A stretch of DNA of 32,000 bases, from assembly GCF_000010065.1 (NCBI RefSeq), contig NC_006576.1, positions 1,170,001 through 1,202,000 on the forward strand, read 5' to 3'. Of the stretch, positions 12,252 to 22,384 are shown piece after piece. This stretch comes from Synechococcus elongatus PCC 6301 (lineage in GTDB: Bacteria > Cyanobacteriota > Cyanobacteriia > Synechococcales > Synechococcaceae). Within the stretch, counting starts at the first letter, position 1. Each line of letters starts with the position of its first letter. The notes under the pieces were generated by a model. That model ran no database searches, was not told the DNA's origin, and saw only the letters and a list, made by a program, of their open reading frames with translations. A program made the position numbers and the translations under genes.

Positions 12252-13346
12252 ATGTCAGTTCTGGCTGCGATCGCTGTCTTAGCGTTGCTGATTGTGGTGC
12301 ATGAAGCCGGTCACTTTTTGGCAGCACGCTGGCAAGGGATTTACGCCAACCGCTTTTCGATTGGCTTTGGGCCTGTGCTACTGCGCTACCAAGGGAAAGA
12401 AACAGAGTATGCGCTGCGGGCCTTTCCCTTAGGCGGCTACGTCGGCTTCCCTGACGATGACCCCGACAGCACCATCGATCCCCGCGATCCCAATCTGCTG
12501 CGCAACCGCCCTGTCCTCGATCGCGCCATTGTGATCAGCGCTGGCGTGATTGCCAACCTCATCTTTGCCTTCGTGATTTTGGTCACCCAAGTTTCGATCG
12601 TTGGGATCCCCCAATCGCTGCAGCCCCAGCCGGGCATCATCGTGCCCCATGTCATGGGGGAGAAAACCCCTGCGGCGATCGCGGGCTTGCAAGCGGGTGA
12701 CATCATCACGGCCCAGGCCGGTCAAACCCTGGGTAGTGGCGAGCAAACGGTGAAGTCGTTTATTCAAACGATCAAAACTAGCGCCGGCCAGACGATTCCA
12801 ATCACCGTGCAGCGGAATGGCAGCAACCTGCAACTTTCCCTGACGCCGGAGACAGGGGCCGATGGCCAAGGCCGGATTGGCGTGCAACTCGCACCCAATG
12901 GCCAAATCAACTACCGACGACCGAAAGGCCCAGGTGAAGTGCTGCGGTTGGCCTCCCAGCAGTTTGAGGAGATCTTTCGACGCACCGTGCAAGGCTTTGG
13001 TCAGCTGGTGACCAACTTCCAAGAGACGGCAGGCCAAGTTTCAGGCCCTGTCAAAATCGTCGAATGGGGTGCCAATATCGCAGCGAGTGACTCGGGCAAC
13101 CTCTTCTTCTTTGCTGCTTTGATCAGCGTTAACCTCGCTGTGATCAACATCCTGCCGCTGCCAGCCCTCGACGGCGGTCAACTCTTCTTCCTGGCGATCG
13201 AAGCCCTCCAGGGTCGGCCTCTACCTCGCAAATTGCAGGAAGGCGTAATGCAGACGGGCCTGATGCTGCTCTTGGGTTTGGGTATTGTGCTGATTGTGCG
13301 CGACACCACCCAACTGGCTTGGGTTCAGCAATTTCTCCAACAGTGA
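12252..13346 (+). CDS. rseP: RIP site-2 metalloprotease (RseP/Eep family)
   Basis: HEAGHFLAAR zinc motif at the N-terminus, central PDZ-like region (AAIAGLQAGDII), C-terminal NILPLPALDGG motif; membrane protein. Confidence 0.9.
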   Translation: MSVLAAIAVLALLIVVHEAGHFLAARWQGIYANRFSIGFGPVLLRYQGKETEYALRAFPLGGYVGFPDDDPDSTIDPRDPNLLRNRPVLDRAIVISAGVIANLIFAFVILVTQVSIVGIPQSLQPQPGIIVPHVMGEKTPAAIAGLQAGDIITAQAGQTLGSGEQTVKSFIQTIKTSAGQTIPITVQRNGSNLQLSLTPETGADGQGRIGVQLAPNGQINYRRPKGPGEVLRLASQQFEEIFRRTVQGFGQLVTNFQETAGQVSGPVKIVEWGANIAASDSGNLFFFAALISVNLAVINILPLPALDGGQLFFLAIEALQGRPLPRKLQEGVMQTGLMLLLGLGIVLIVRDTTQLAWVQQFLQQ

Positions 13347-14029
13347 CGACACCTCGCTTGTCTAAAAAGCAGCGGGCACTGGCAGTTTTGGCTGAGCTCA
13401 AGCAGCTCTATCCCGAAGCACCCTGCTCGCTGGACTATGAAACGCCCCTACAACTGCTGGTGGCGACGATTTTGTCAGCGCAATGCACCGATGCCAGGGT
13501 CAACTTGGTGACGCCGGCGCTGTTTGCGCGCTTTCCTGATGCTCCTGCTTTTGCAGCGGCGGATGTGGGTGAGATTGAAGAGCTGATCCGCTCCACGGGG
13601 TTTTATCGCAACAAGGCGAAGAACATTCATGCCGCTAGTCGCCGCATTGTCGAGGTCTACGGGGGCGAAGTCCCGCAATCGATGCCAGAGTTGCTGACTC
13701 TGGCGGGGGTTGCCCGCAAGACCGCCAACGTTGTCCTAGCCCATGCCTTCGGGATTAATGCTGGTGTCACGGTGGATACCCACGTCAAACGGCTGGCGAA
13801 TCGCCTCGGCTTCACCACTCACACAGATCCCATCAAGATTGAGCAGGATCTCATGAAACTGCTGCCCCAGCCCGACTGGGAAAACTGGTCAATTCGGTTG
13901 GTCTACCATGGCCGCGCCGTTTGCGATGCCCGTAAACCTGCTTGCGATCGCTGCAGTTTGGCTGACCATTGCAGCACCTTTCGCCGGACAGCCCGAAAGG
14001 CCTCTGGTATTATGGAGAATGCTGTCTAA
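13343..14029 (+). CDS. nth: Endonuclease III (DNA-(apurinic/apyrimidinic site) lyase)
   Basis: HhH-GPD region [16 protein letters not shown] and the 4Fe-4S ligand pattern [20 protein letters not shown] 13343 overlaps the rseP stop (GTGA); TTG 13319 is an alternative start. Confidence 0.9.
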
Positions 14030-14058
14030 ATTCCAAAGCATCTCTTCAAGGCAAGCTA

Positions 14059-14361
14059 ATGGCGAAAAAAGCGATGGTCGAGCGCGACCGCAAGCGCAAA
14101 AAACTAGTTGAAAAGTACGCTGCCAAGCGTGAAGCGCTCAAAGAGCAGTTTGCGGCCGCAACCAGCCAATCGGAACGGCTGGAGCTGCATCGCAAGCTTC
14201 AACAACTGCCCCGCAACAGTGCTCCTAACCGTGTGCGCAACCGTTGCTGGGTGACCGGTCGCCCCCGGGGCTACTACCGTGACTTTGGTCTCTGCCGTAA
14301 CGTGCTGCGGGAGATGGCGCACCAAGGTCTGCTGCCGGGCGTGGTTAAGTCGAGCTGGTAA
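14059..14361 (+). CDS. rpsN: 30S ribosomal protein S14
   Basis: ATG 14059 gives the 100-aa [24 protein letters not shown]...[19 protein letters not shown]...LPGVVKSSW, canonical long-form S14. Confidence 0.95.
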
Positions 14362-14396
14362 GTCAGCCGCGATCGCCTCATTCAAGTTTTAAAGTC

Positions 14397-14428
14397 AAAG
14401 GGGAGTCCAATGGGCTCCCTTTTATTTT
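14397..14428 (+). terminator. Intrinsic terminator after rpsN
   Basis: AAAGGGGAG-loop-CTCCCTTTT stem followed by TTTTATTTT. Confidence 0.65.
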
Positions 14429-14441
14429 GGAGGCCTGCGGG

Positions 14442-15497
14442 ATGACTGAGCGGCGATCGCCATTGCCTCGATCGTGGACGAGTTGGGGCGTGGGTCTCTT
14501 GCTGCTGCTCTATCTCGGGGCCTTGGGCGCAGACTGCTTAGCCCCTTACAACCCCTACAGTTCGCAAGCCGACGCAGCCCTATTGCCACCCAGCCAAATC
14601 TTCTGGCGCAATCGCCAAGGCCAATGGCTTGGCCCCCATGTCTACCCAGTGCGCCAGGGCCCCATCGATCTGGAGACTGGTCAGCGGGAAGTGATCACTG
14701 ACTGGAATGCCCCATCGCCTCTCCGCATCTGGGTGGTTGGCGATCCGTACCGAGTGCTGAGTTGGAAGGGCGATCGCCATCTCCTCGGCACCACAGGACC
14801 CGGCAAACTGCATCTGCTGGGAACCGACGATCAGGGGCGCGATCAGTTCAGTCGCTTGCTCTACGGCAGCCGCATTAGTTTGAGTGTGGGCCTAGTCGGT
14901 GTGATTCTGACCTTCCCGCTCGGCATCTTGGTGGGCGGCATCGCCGGCTACTGGGGCGGCTGGGTCGACGCACTGATCATGAGGCTGGTAGAAGTGCTGA
15001 TGACCATCCCCAGCTTGTATTTACTGGTCGCGCTGGCCGCTGTCCTACCACCGGGGTTGAGTAGCGCCGAGCGGTTTTTGCTGATTGTAGCGATTACCTC
15101 GCTGATCAATTGGGCAGGATTGGCACGGGTCATTCGGGGGCAGGTGCTGTCACTGCGGGAACGGGAGTATGTCCAAGCCTCGCAGGTGATGGGGGCTAGT
15201 CGACTCTACCTGCTCATCCGCCACATCCTGCCCCAGACCCTGACCTACGTGATCATTGCCGCGACGCTGGCGGTGCCGAGCTTCATTGTTGCGGAATCGG
15301 TCTTGAGCCTCGTGGGCTTGGGCATCCAACAACCAGATCCCTCCTGGGGCAACATGCTGTCCTTGGCGACCAATGCCTCGATGTTGTTGTTGAATCCTTG
15401 GCTGATTTGGCCACCTGCTCTGCTGATTGTTGTTGCAGTACTGGCCTTCAACGTGGTGGGTGACGGGTTGCGCGATCGCCTCGACCCACGGCGTTGA
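14442..15497 (+). CDS. ABC transporter permease, oligopeptide/dipeptide (OppC/DppC) family
   Basis: N-terminal TM helix, about 100-aa periplasmic loop, then a BPD-transporter core with the EAA-like loop REREYVQASQVMGASRLYLLIRHILP. No ATPase or binding-protein gene is adjacent. Confidence 0.85.
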   Translation: MTERRSPLPRSWTSWGVGLLLLLYLGALGADCLAPYNPYSSQADAALLPPSQIFWRNRQGQWLGPHVYPVRQGPIDLETGQREVITDWNAPSPLRIWVVGDPYRVLSWKGDRHLLGTTGPGKLHLLGTDDQGRDQFSRLLYGSRISLSVGLVGVILTFPLGILVGGIAGYWGGWVDALIMRLVEVLMTIPSLYLLVALAAVLPPGLSSAERFLLIVAITSLINWAGLARVIRGQVLSLREREYVQASQVMGASRLYLLIRHILPQTLTYVIIAATLAVPSFIVAESVLSLVGLGIQQPDPSWGNMLSLATNASMLLLNPWLIWPPALLIVVAVLAFNVVGDGLRDRLDPRR

Positions 15498-15839
15498 GAC
15501 CAACTGATTCCAGCCGAGGCAATCGCTCTCGAAGCTCAGCCAGAAGACAGCTATCAGACAGTTACAGGACTGGCCTATTCACAAACTAATTGAGACCCAT
15601 TTTCAAGCCAGTTTCCAGACTGTCACAGACAGAGATTAGACTGAATTCCTTAAATTTTTAGATAATTTACTAATAGCTATGTTCCTGAAATCCCTCTTTC
15701 AGAAAGGATTTTTCAGATCGAGCTTTCGTTTCTTGAAGTCAAAAAGACAACTCCAAAACACTGAGGCGATCGCTGGAACATTCATTTCCGCATCGCGTCC
15801 AAAAGAGCATTACTGCTGTCATTAATTTCTCCTGCACCC

Positions 15840-16523
15840 ATGAACTTCGCACGGACTTGTGGACTCGCCCTCGCTGCTTGTTTGGCCGGCGGCGCCGTAC
15901 TCGAAGCGCAGCCCGCTGCAGCAGGGCCCGATAGATGGGATCGCTGTGAACGCCCCGGTCGAGGGAATCGTCGCGCCTGCTTGGAGCAGTTGAATCGCTT
16001 CAACCGGTTTGATCAGTTTGATCGCCGAGGGGTGCCCATTCCCGTTGTCGATCGGCGTTTTCTGCGATCGGGTAGCCGCATGAACCTGTTCTTCCCCGGT
16101 CGCGATCGCATTATTTTGCGCCGCGGAGAAGTCTTGCCTCTGGAGGGCCGCTTGGCCCGCGACATTTTTGACAATCGGGGTCGCGTTCTCGTGCCCCGCA
16201 ATAGCCGGATTCTGGGTCAGCTGCGACCCGATGGACGGGGCCTGCGTTTCGTCAGCGATCGCTTGATCTTGCCGAATGGCGGCGTCTATCCGATTCGTGC
16301 TCACTCTGGCCTGATTTTCAGTGAGCCTTCCTTCGGTCGTCCCGACCTGAGCACAGTCTTGATCACCGGCGCTGCTCGCACCCTGCTGAGCAATTTGCCC
16401 GGCTACAACGGCGCCATCGATCGCAGTTTTGACGACGTCTTGCAGCGCGATAACTCCCAAATCATCGTCTTGGATTCCAGCGATCTCGGCTTAGAACTGC
16501 TATCTGATCTGACCTTCCGTTAA
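15840..16523 (+). CDS. Secreted hypothetical protein, paralogous to the C-terminal domain of the downstream SLH protein (VirB10/TrbI-like motif)
   Basis: Signal peptide MNFARTCGLALAACLAGGAVLEA. RVLVPRNSRILGQLRPDGRGLRFVSDRLILPNGGVYPI aligns with RVVIPRGSQINGELRP...GTQFVARNLVLPNGQTRPL in ORF 16563-17804. Confidence 0.6.
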   Translation: MNFARTCGLALAACLAGGAVLEAQPAAAGPDRWDRCERPGRGNRRACLEQLNRFNRFDQFDRRGVPIPVVDRRFLRSGSRMNLFFPGRDRIILRRGEVLPLEGRLARDIFDNRGRVLVPRNSRILGQLRPDGRGLRFVSDRLILPNGGVYPIRAHSGLIFSEPSFGRPDLSTVLITGAARTLLSNLPGYNGAIDRSFDDVLQRDNSQIIVLDSSDLGLELLSDLTFR

Positions 16524-16562
16524 CTCCCATCTATCACTTCTCCCCTTTCTGGAGTCACTCTC

Positions 16563-17804
16563 ATGTCTCAAACCCTCAAAGCGGGCCTCGCCTCGCTTCT
16601 CTTCATCGGCAGCAGCAGTAGCGCCCTCACCCTGACCTTTAGCCCTGCAGCACTGGCACAGTCGACGCGCTTCAGCGATGTTTCCAGCAGTTACTGGGCT
16701 CAACCCTTTGTGGAAGCCTTGGCTAACCGCGGCATCATCACCGGTTTTCCTGACGGTAGTTTCCGCCCCAATGAACCGGTCAGCCGGGCCCAATTCGCCG
16801 CCATGCTCGACAAAGCATTTACGACTGGCAGCCAGAGATCGCCCCAAAACTTTAGCGATGTGCCGAGTAACTACTGGGCCCGCAACGCCATCGACTCCGC
16901 CTACAGCCGGGGCTTCATGAGTGGGTACACCAGCAACCGCTTTCAGCCCGAGCAAAGCATTCCTCGAGTTCAAGCTTTGGTATCGCTGGGGTCTGGCCTT
17001 AACCTGAACCCGCGATCGGACATCAACGGTACCCTCAGCATCTTTGCTGACAACAGCTCGATTCCAGACTATGCCCGCGATCGCGTGGCTGCTGCCACAG
17101 AGCGCAACCTCGTGGTCAACTATCCTGACCCGCAGTTCCTCAACCCCAATCGTTCTGCTACCCGTGCGGAAGTCGCAGCTTTCCTCTACCAGTCCCTGGC
17201 TAGCAATGGTCAAGTTGCTCAGGTGGACTCGCCCTACATCGTCAGCCAGAACTCGATCCCGGTCATTCCGAGCGCCGGTATAGCCCTTCCTCCTGGCAGC
17301 CTGATTCCGGTTCGCTACGACGCCGCTGAGCGCGTCTTGCTGGCTCCAGGCGAAAGCATTCCGCTGACCCTGACGGTTTCGCAGGACCTGACGCGATCGG
17401 GCCGGGTGGTCATCCCTCGCGGTAGCCAAATCAACGGCGAACTTCGTCCCGCCAACCTCGGCAACCAAGCTGGAACACAATTTGTCGCCCGCAACTTGGT
17501 TCTGCCCAATGGTCAGACCCGACCGCTCAACGCTCGCTCCGAGATCATCACCGACGTGGAGACTGTGCAGCGGGGCGCCAATCTCGGCAACATTTTGACC
17601 GGGACAGCTGTTGGGGCAGCAGCAGCAGCGGTGATCAGTGGCTTGACGGGCGATCGCCGCATTGATGTACTGGAAGTCTTGGGCGGCGCTGGTGTAGGTG
17701 GCTTGCTGAGCGGCCTGCTGATCAAAAACAACGTTGACCTGTTGGTGGTTGAGCCGAACCGCGACTTGGCTTTGACCCTCGACAGCGAGTTTGCGGCCCG
17801 ATAG
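16563..17804 (+). CDS. S-layer homology (SLH) domain protein with a C-terminal VirB10/TrbI-like domain and a Gly/Ala-rich hydrophobic segment
   Basis: Signal peptide, then three SLH repeats (FSDVSSSYWAQPFVEALANRGIITGFPDGSFRP; FSDVPSNYWARNAIDSAYSRGFMSGY; DNSSIPDYARDRVAAATERNLVVNY), then the paralogous C-terminal domain. Confidence 0.85.
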   Translation: MSQTLKAGLASLLFIGSSSSALTLTFSPAALAQSTRFSDVSSSYWAQPFVEALANRGIITGFPDGSFRPNEPVSRAQFAAMLDKAFTTGSQRSPQNFSDVPSNYWARNAIDSAYSRGFMSGYTSNRFQPEQSIPRVQALVSLGSGLNLNPRSDINGTLSIFADNSSIPDYARDRVAAATERNLVVNYPDPQFLNPNRSATRAEVAAFLYQSLASNGQVAQVDSPYIVSQNSIPVIPSAGIALPPGSLIPVRYDAAERVLLAPGESIPLTLTVSQDLTRSGRVVIPRGSQINGELRPANLGNQAGTQFVARNLVLPNGQTRPLNARSEIITDVETVQRGANLGNILTGTAVGAAAAAVISGLTGDRRIDVLEVLGGAGVGGLLSGLLIKNNVDLLVVEPNRDLALTLDSEFAAR

Positions 17805-17865
17805 CAACTCACTGCGTTGGACCTGACTCAGTAGCGATCGCTCGTTGACCCGAAGGGGGTCTCCA

Positions 17866-17905
17866 AAACAAATCGTCCGCCTCCTTTGGAAGCGGACGAT
17901 TTCGC
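17866..17905. terminator. Bidirectional intrinsic terminator between the SLH gene (+) and amt1 (-)
   Basis: AAATCGTCCGC-11 nt-GCGGACGATTT perfect stem. On the minus strand it is followed by UUUGUUUUGG. Confidence 0.65.
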
Positions 17906-17928
17906 GGATGGACAGCGCAGTTAAGAAC

Positions 17929-19422
17929 TTATTCCGAGATGCTGCTCAGGGCGTTAGATGCATCCTTGGCAAAGCCAGAGTAGGCTTCCATCCCGTGTTC
18001 GCCAATATCCAAGCCTTGTAGCTCTTCTTCAGGCGAAACTCGCAGACCCAGCAGGGCTTTGAGGATATTCCAGATGATGACGCTAGCAACAACTGTCCAG
18101 ACACCATAGGAAATAATTCCTAGGATCTGAGAGCCCAGTTGACCAAAGCCACCACCGTAGAAGAGACCTTTTTCAAGGTTAAACAGGCCTACTGCCAGCG
18201 TGCCCCAAATGCCGCAGACCAAGTGAACCGAGCAAGCACCGACAGGATCGTCAATCTTGAGGTTTTCGAAGGTGTAGACCGAGAAGACGACCAGCACGCC
18301 AGCAATCAAGCCGACGATGAAGGAGCCGCCCATACCGAAGCCATCGCAACCTGCGGTGACACCAACCAAGCCAGCCAAGATGCCGTTGATCACCATTGAC
18401 AAGTCCGGCTTACCTGAGGTCGACCAAGACGTGATCGTGGCAGAGATGCCACCAGCAGCACCACCCAGCGTTGTGGTGACCGCCACATAAGGAACGGCAG
18501 TATTGAAGGCCAACACAGAACCGCCGTTGAAGCCGTACCAGCCGATCCAGAGAATCAACGCACCCAAGGTTGCGATCGCGAGGTTGTGACCGGGCAGCGC
18601 ACCTGGGCGACCGTCCTGGAATTTACCCATCCGTGGGCCGAGGGTGATGGCGCCAATCAGAGCAGCCCAGCCACCAACCGAGTGCACAACAGTCGAGCCA
18701 GCAAAGTCGATGAAACCCGCTTTGTTGAGCCAGCCAGAACCGACGTTCCACTGCCACGACCCTGCAATGGGGTAAATGACAGCCGTCAGGATCAAGCTGA
18801 AGATGATGAAGTCGACAAACTTAATTCGCTCAGCAACAGAGCCAGACACGATGGTTGCAGCAGTACCAGCAAATGCTGCTTGGAAGAGAAAATCAAGTGA
18901 AGAGATGAGACCATCGTTTTTGATCGTCTCAGCCGAGACCGTTGGGTCGAAGAAGAAACCGAGTGGACCACCTTTACCGAAGTAGAGGAAACCATCGACC
19001 ACCGGGCTTCCGTACATCAGCGAGTAGCCGATGAACCAGTAAGCGGTTGCAGCCAGGGTGAAAACGATGAGGTTTTTCGCCAAGACGTTAACAGCGTTCT
19101 TTTGGCGACAAAGGCCAGTCTCAACCATGGCGAAACCGGCGTTCATGAAGATCACCAGCACCGTGGCGACCATCAGCCAGAGGTTGTTGACTAGGAATTG
19201 GGCGCTAGGGACAGGATCTGCCGAACCTTGCGCGTTAGCCGCAACACCCCAAAACACTGCGATCGTGGCCGCTAGTGGCACACAGGCCAACCAGAGCTTC
19301 GATCCTTGGAAACGATTAATGAGGCGCTTAAAGCCCCCTTGAAAGTCAGGAACAGCAGTGGAGGCCCACGCCCATCCCTTCGGTTTTCGCCCAGCAAACG
19401 CAGGCGCTACACCTCGAGGCAT
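17929..19422 (-). CDS. amt1: Ammonium transporter (Amt family)
   Basis: Signal-like N-terminus, [22 protein letters not shown] and HLVCGIWGT motifs. ATG 19422 is preceded by AAGGAG 9 nt upstream; GTG 19446 is the longest option. Confidence 0.9.
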   Translation of the reverse strand: MPRGVAPAFAGRKPKGWAWASTAVPDFQGGFKRLINRFQGSKLWLACVPLAATIAVFWGVAANAQGSADPVPSAQFLVNNLWLMVATVLVIFMNAGFAMVETGLCRQKNAVNVLAKNLIVFTLAATAYWFIGYSLMYGSPVVDGFLYFGKGGPLGFFFDPTVSAETIKNDGLISSLDFLFQAAFAGTAATIVSGSVAERIKFVDFIIFSLILTAVIYPIAGSWQWNVGSGWLNKAGFIDFAGSTVVHSVGGWAALIGAITLGPRMGKFQDGRPGALPGHNLAIATLGALILWIGWYGFNGGSVLAFNTAVPYVAVTTTLGGAAGGISATITSWSTSGKPDLSMVINGILAGLVGVTAGCDGFGMGGSFIVGLIAGVLVVFSVYTFENLKIDDPVGACSVHLVCGIWGTLAVGLFNLEKGLFYGGGFGQLGSQILGIISYGVWTVVASVIIWNILKALLGLRVSPEEELQGLDIGEHGMEAYSGFAKDASNALSSISE

Positions 19423-19558
19423 TTGGAACAACTCCTTTGACAGCACGTCAATCTAGCAGGGCAAGGACAGTTGATCAGCCTAGGTACCGCTGAGCAGCAA
19501 GCTGTTCAGTATCCTTGTGAGATCTCTGTAAGCATTCAGCGAGACTCAAGGTTGTTTT

Positions 19559-19572
19559 GTAATCGATGTAAC
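19559..19572 (-). promoter_or_regulatory. Near-consensus NtcA binding site upstream of amt1
   Basis: The minus strand reads TGTT-ACATCGAT-TACA against the consensus (T)GTA-N8-TAC(A). It is centred about 143 nt upstream of ATG 19422. The -10 element at the expected spacing is only weak (AATGCT/TACAGA). Confidence 0.5.
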
Positions 19573-19634
19573 AGTTCGCCCCAAGGGTCTCAAATCAAAT
19601 ATTTATAAAAATTATGATTTCCATAGATAAGTCG

Positions 19635-19659
19635 AGGGGTCTCGAAGCCGAGAACCCCT
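19635..19659 (-). terminator. Stable hairpin downstream of purE (possible terminator or stabiliser)
   Basis: AGGGGTCTCG-AAGC-CGAGAACCCCT, 10 bp with a one-base bulge, 30 nt after the purE stop. No clear U-run follows. Confidence 0.4.
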
Positions 19660-19688
19660 GATGCTTATGGGTTGTGACGTCAATCCGC

Positions 19689-20252
19689 CTAGTGATGACC
19701 ACCAGCATTTTCGAGGTAGGCCTCAACACCGATCGCACTGAGGCGAGTCTGCTTATCTTGCACCATTTGCGCCAATTCTTGGCGATAGGTCTGCACCGCT
19801 TGGAGTAGTTCGGGGTTGTGGCTAGCCAGCATTTGCACTGCTAGGAGCCCTGCATTGGTGGCATTACCGATCGCGACGGTTGCTACTGGGATGCCAGCCG
19901 GCATTTGCACGATCGAATAGAGCGAGTCCACTCCCTGCAACGTGCGGGTCTGCACAGGTACGCCAATCACCGGCAGGGGAGTTAGGGCAGCCACCATGCC
20001 CGGTAAATGGGCCGCACCGCCTGCGCCGGCAATGATCACCTTGAGGCTGCGCTGATGGGCTGTTTGGGCGTACTCCACCATCCGCACCGGAGTACGGTGA
20101 GCGGAGACAATTTCGACCTCGTGGGCAATGCCAAACTGCTGGCAGATGGCGATCGCGCCACGCATGGTGGGTAAATCAGAGTCGCTGCCCATGATGATGC
20201 CAACGGCAGGCTGGGTGAGCGCAGAGGGTGCAGCAGGAACAGGAGAAGACAT
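19689..20252 (-). CDS. purE: 5-(carboxyamino)imidazole ribonucleotide mutase
   Basis: ATG 20252 gives MSSPV...[21 protein letters not shown] and [11 protein letters not shown], the canonical PurE motifs. Confidence 0.9.
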   Translation of the reverse strand: MSSPVPAAPSALTQPAVGIIMGSDSDLPTMRGAIAICQQFGIAHEVEIVSAHRTPVRMVEYAQTAHQRSLKVIIAGAGGAAHLPGMVAALTPLPVIGVPVQTRTLQGVDSLYSIVQMPAGIPVATVAIGNATNAGLLAVQMLASHNPELLQAVQTYRQELAQMVQDKQTRLSAIGVEAYLENAGGHH

Positions 20253-20316
20253 GGTCACTGACGTAAGATTGGGGCGATCGGCCTGAGTTGCTGGGTCGGC
20301 CGTTACATGCAGACCG

Positions 20317-21534
20317 ATGATGACCGCTGCTCCTACCCTGCTGACGAATATTCGCATTCCGGGCTGTGCAGAGGTTCAGCGTCTCTGGCTTGATGCTGCC
20401 GGTATTGTGCAGTCGATTGAGCCGATGTCGCAAACCTTCGATCGCCTGCCGCCTCCCCAACTGCGAATGATTGACCTGCAGGGCGACTGGCTCTCTCTGG
20501 GCGGCATTGACCTGCAAATCAATGGGGCACTGGGGCTGGCCTTTCCTGAAGTGCAAGCCAGCGATCGCAATCGCCTCTTAGCCATTTGCCGCCGGCTCTG
20601 GGAACAGGGTGTTGATGCTTTTACCCCAACCTTAGTCACCAGCTCGATCGCACAGTTTCGGCAGGCCATTGAGGCAATCGCGGACTTCGTGGCGCAGCCC
20701 TTGCCACCCCGCCACGCCAAAATTTTGGGACTCCATCTGGAAGGGCCTTGCCTTGCAGAATCTAAGCGCGGCGCTCACCCACAGGAGCATTTGCAACCGC
20801 TGACGGTCGAAGTTCTATCGGAGATCTGTGGCGATCACTTGGCGCAAATTCGGATTGTCACCCTCGCACCGGAGTTGGATCCCACAGGGGAAGCGATCGC
20901 TTGGCTGCGTCAGCAGGGTGTGATTGTCAGCTTGGGGCATTCCCAAGCCACAGCAGAGCAGGCCCAAGTCGCTTTTCAGCAGGGCGCAACCATGGTAACC
21001 CACGCCTTTAATGCCATGCCGCCCTTGCATCATCGTCAGCCCGGGCTGTTGGGCGCAGCATTGACTACGGACACCGTGTTTGCGGGATTGATTGCGGATG
21101 GTCAGCACATCGATCCAATTATGCTGAAATTGTTGCTGCGAGCCGGTGAGGGCGATCGCCGATTGTTTCTGGTCAGCGATGCCTTAGCTCCCTTGGGCTT
21201 ACCCGACGGTCAGTATCCCTGGGACGAACGACAAATCACAGTCACCGCCGGCACTTGTCGACTCGAAGATGGCACCCTCGCCGGCACCACCCTGCCGCTA
21301 CTGGCAGGGGTTCAAAATTTGGTGCGCTGGCAGGTCTGTGAACCGGAAACCGCGATCATGCTGGCGACCCTAGCACCTCTGCGGGCCTTGGGGGTGGATT
21401 GGTCGGATCCGCGTCTTCTCTATTTGTCCCGTCCCGTCTGTCAGCTGCTGCGCTGGCACCAGTCCGACACGGGAGAACTGACTTGGCAGAGGCTCTGCGA
21501 AAACGACGAATTACCGACTCCTACGTCGATCTAG
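20317..21534 (+). CDS. nagA: N-acetylglucosamine-6-phosphate deacetylase (amidohydrolase superfamily)
   Basis: [27 protein letters not shown] and LVSDA motifs; 405 aa; divergent from purE. Confidence 0.8.
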   Translation: MMTAAPTLLTNIRIPGCAEVQRLWLDAAGIVQSIEPMSQTFDRLPPPQLRMIDLQGDWLSLGGIDLQINGALGLAFPEVQASDRNRLLAICRRLWEQGVDAFTPTLVTSSIAQFRQAIEAIADFVAQPLPPRHAKILGLHLEGPCLAESKRGAHPQEHLQPLTVEVLSEICGDHLAQIRIVTLAPELDPTGEAIAWLRQQGVIVSLGHSQATAEQAQVAFQQGATMVTHAFNAMPPLHHRQPGLLGAALTTDTVFAGLIADGQHIDPIMLKLLLRAGEGDRRLFLVSDALAPLGLPDGQYPWDERQITVTAGTCRLEDGTLAGTTLPLLAGVQNLVRWQVCEPETAIMLATLAPLRALGVDWSDPRLLYLSRPVCQLLRWHQSDTGELTWQRLCENDELPTPTSI

Positions 21535-21579
21535 GTCAGTCGGAATATTAGAATCGTCTGCGAAGATGCCGCCCTTGCC

Positions 21580-22269
21580 ATGACAGCCCTCGACGACAAA
21601 ACTATCGTTCGTGACTATTTCAACGCCACGGGCTTCGATCGCTGGAGCCGGATCTATGGCGATGGCGAGGTCAATTTCGTCCAGAAGAACATCCGCATTG
21701 GTCACCAGCGCACCGTCGACACCGTGCTGAGTTGGCTGGAAGCCGATGGCAATCTGAGCGATCGCAGCTTTTGTGATGCCGGCTGCGGTGTCGGCAGCCT
21801 CAGCTTACCCCTAGCACAGCGGGGGGCACAGGCCGTTTATGCCAGCGACATCTCCGCCAAGATGGTGGAAGAGGCTCGCGAGCGGGCCAGTCAGATCCCC
21901 AATTTGAACAACATTCAGCTCGAAGTTTCGGACCTTGCTTCTCTGAGCGGTCGCTACGACACCGTCATCTGTTTGGATGTGTTGATTCACTATCCAGAAT
22001 CCGACGCGGCGGCCATGTTGAGCCATCTTTGCAGCTTAGCTGAGCAACGGGTTTTGGTGAGCTTCGCGCCCAAATCCCCTGTCTTGAATGTGCTCAAGCG
22101 CATTGGACAGTTCTTCCCGGGGGCCAGCAAAACGACCCGCGCATATCAGCACAGTGAAACCGCGATCGCAGCAGCCTTAGCGGCGAATGGCTTCCAAGTG
22201 CAACGTCGGGCCTTCAACAAAGCACCCTTCTATTTCTCACTTCTGCTCGAAGCTGTCCGAACTGCCTAA
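21580..22269 (+). CDS. chlM: Magnesium-protoporphyrin IX O-methyltransferase
   Basis: N-terminal DYFNATGFDRWSRIYG, SAM motif DAGCGVGSLSLPLA, and LIHYP; 229 aa, typical of ChlM. Confidence 0.9.
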   Translation: MTALDDKTIVRDYFNATGFDRWSRIYGDGEVNFVQKNIRIGHQRTVDTVLSWLEADGNLSDRSFCDAGCGVGSLSLPLAQRGAQAVYASDISAKMVEEARERASQIPNLNNIQLEVSDLASLSGRYDTVICLDVLIHYPESDAAAMLSHLCSLAEQRVLVSFAPKSPVLNVLKRIGQFFPGASKTTRAYQHSETAIAAALAANGFQVQRRAFNKAPFYFSLLLEAVRTA

Positions 22270-22384
22270 TCAATTGTTGTTCGAGAGGTATCGCAGATTG
22301 AAGACTGAACTGGCATTTGCATTAATCAGCTGCAATCACCTCTCAGATTGACTAGACACTCAAGCATACTGAAGGTTTCAAACA

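Noticed and set aside
15822-16460. 212-aa minus-strand ORF
   Set aside because: It is antisense to the plus-strand secreted protein, which has a signal peptide and a clear paralogue downstream. The antisense product has no features.
16500-17807. 435-aa minus-strand ORF, the longest unexplained ORF in the track
   Set aside because: It is exactly antisense to the SLH-domain gene, whose plus-strand product has a signal peptide and three clear SLH repeats. The antisense translation is Arg/Ala/Gly-rich with no motif, a typical shadow ORF in GC-rich DNA.
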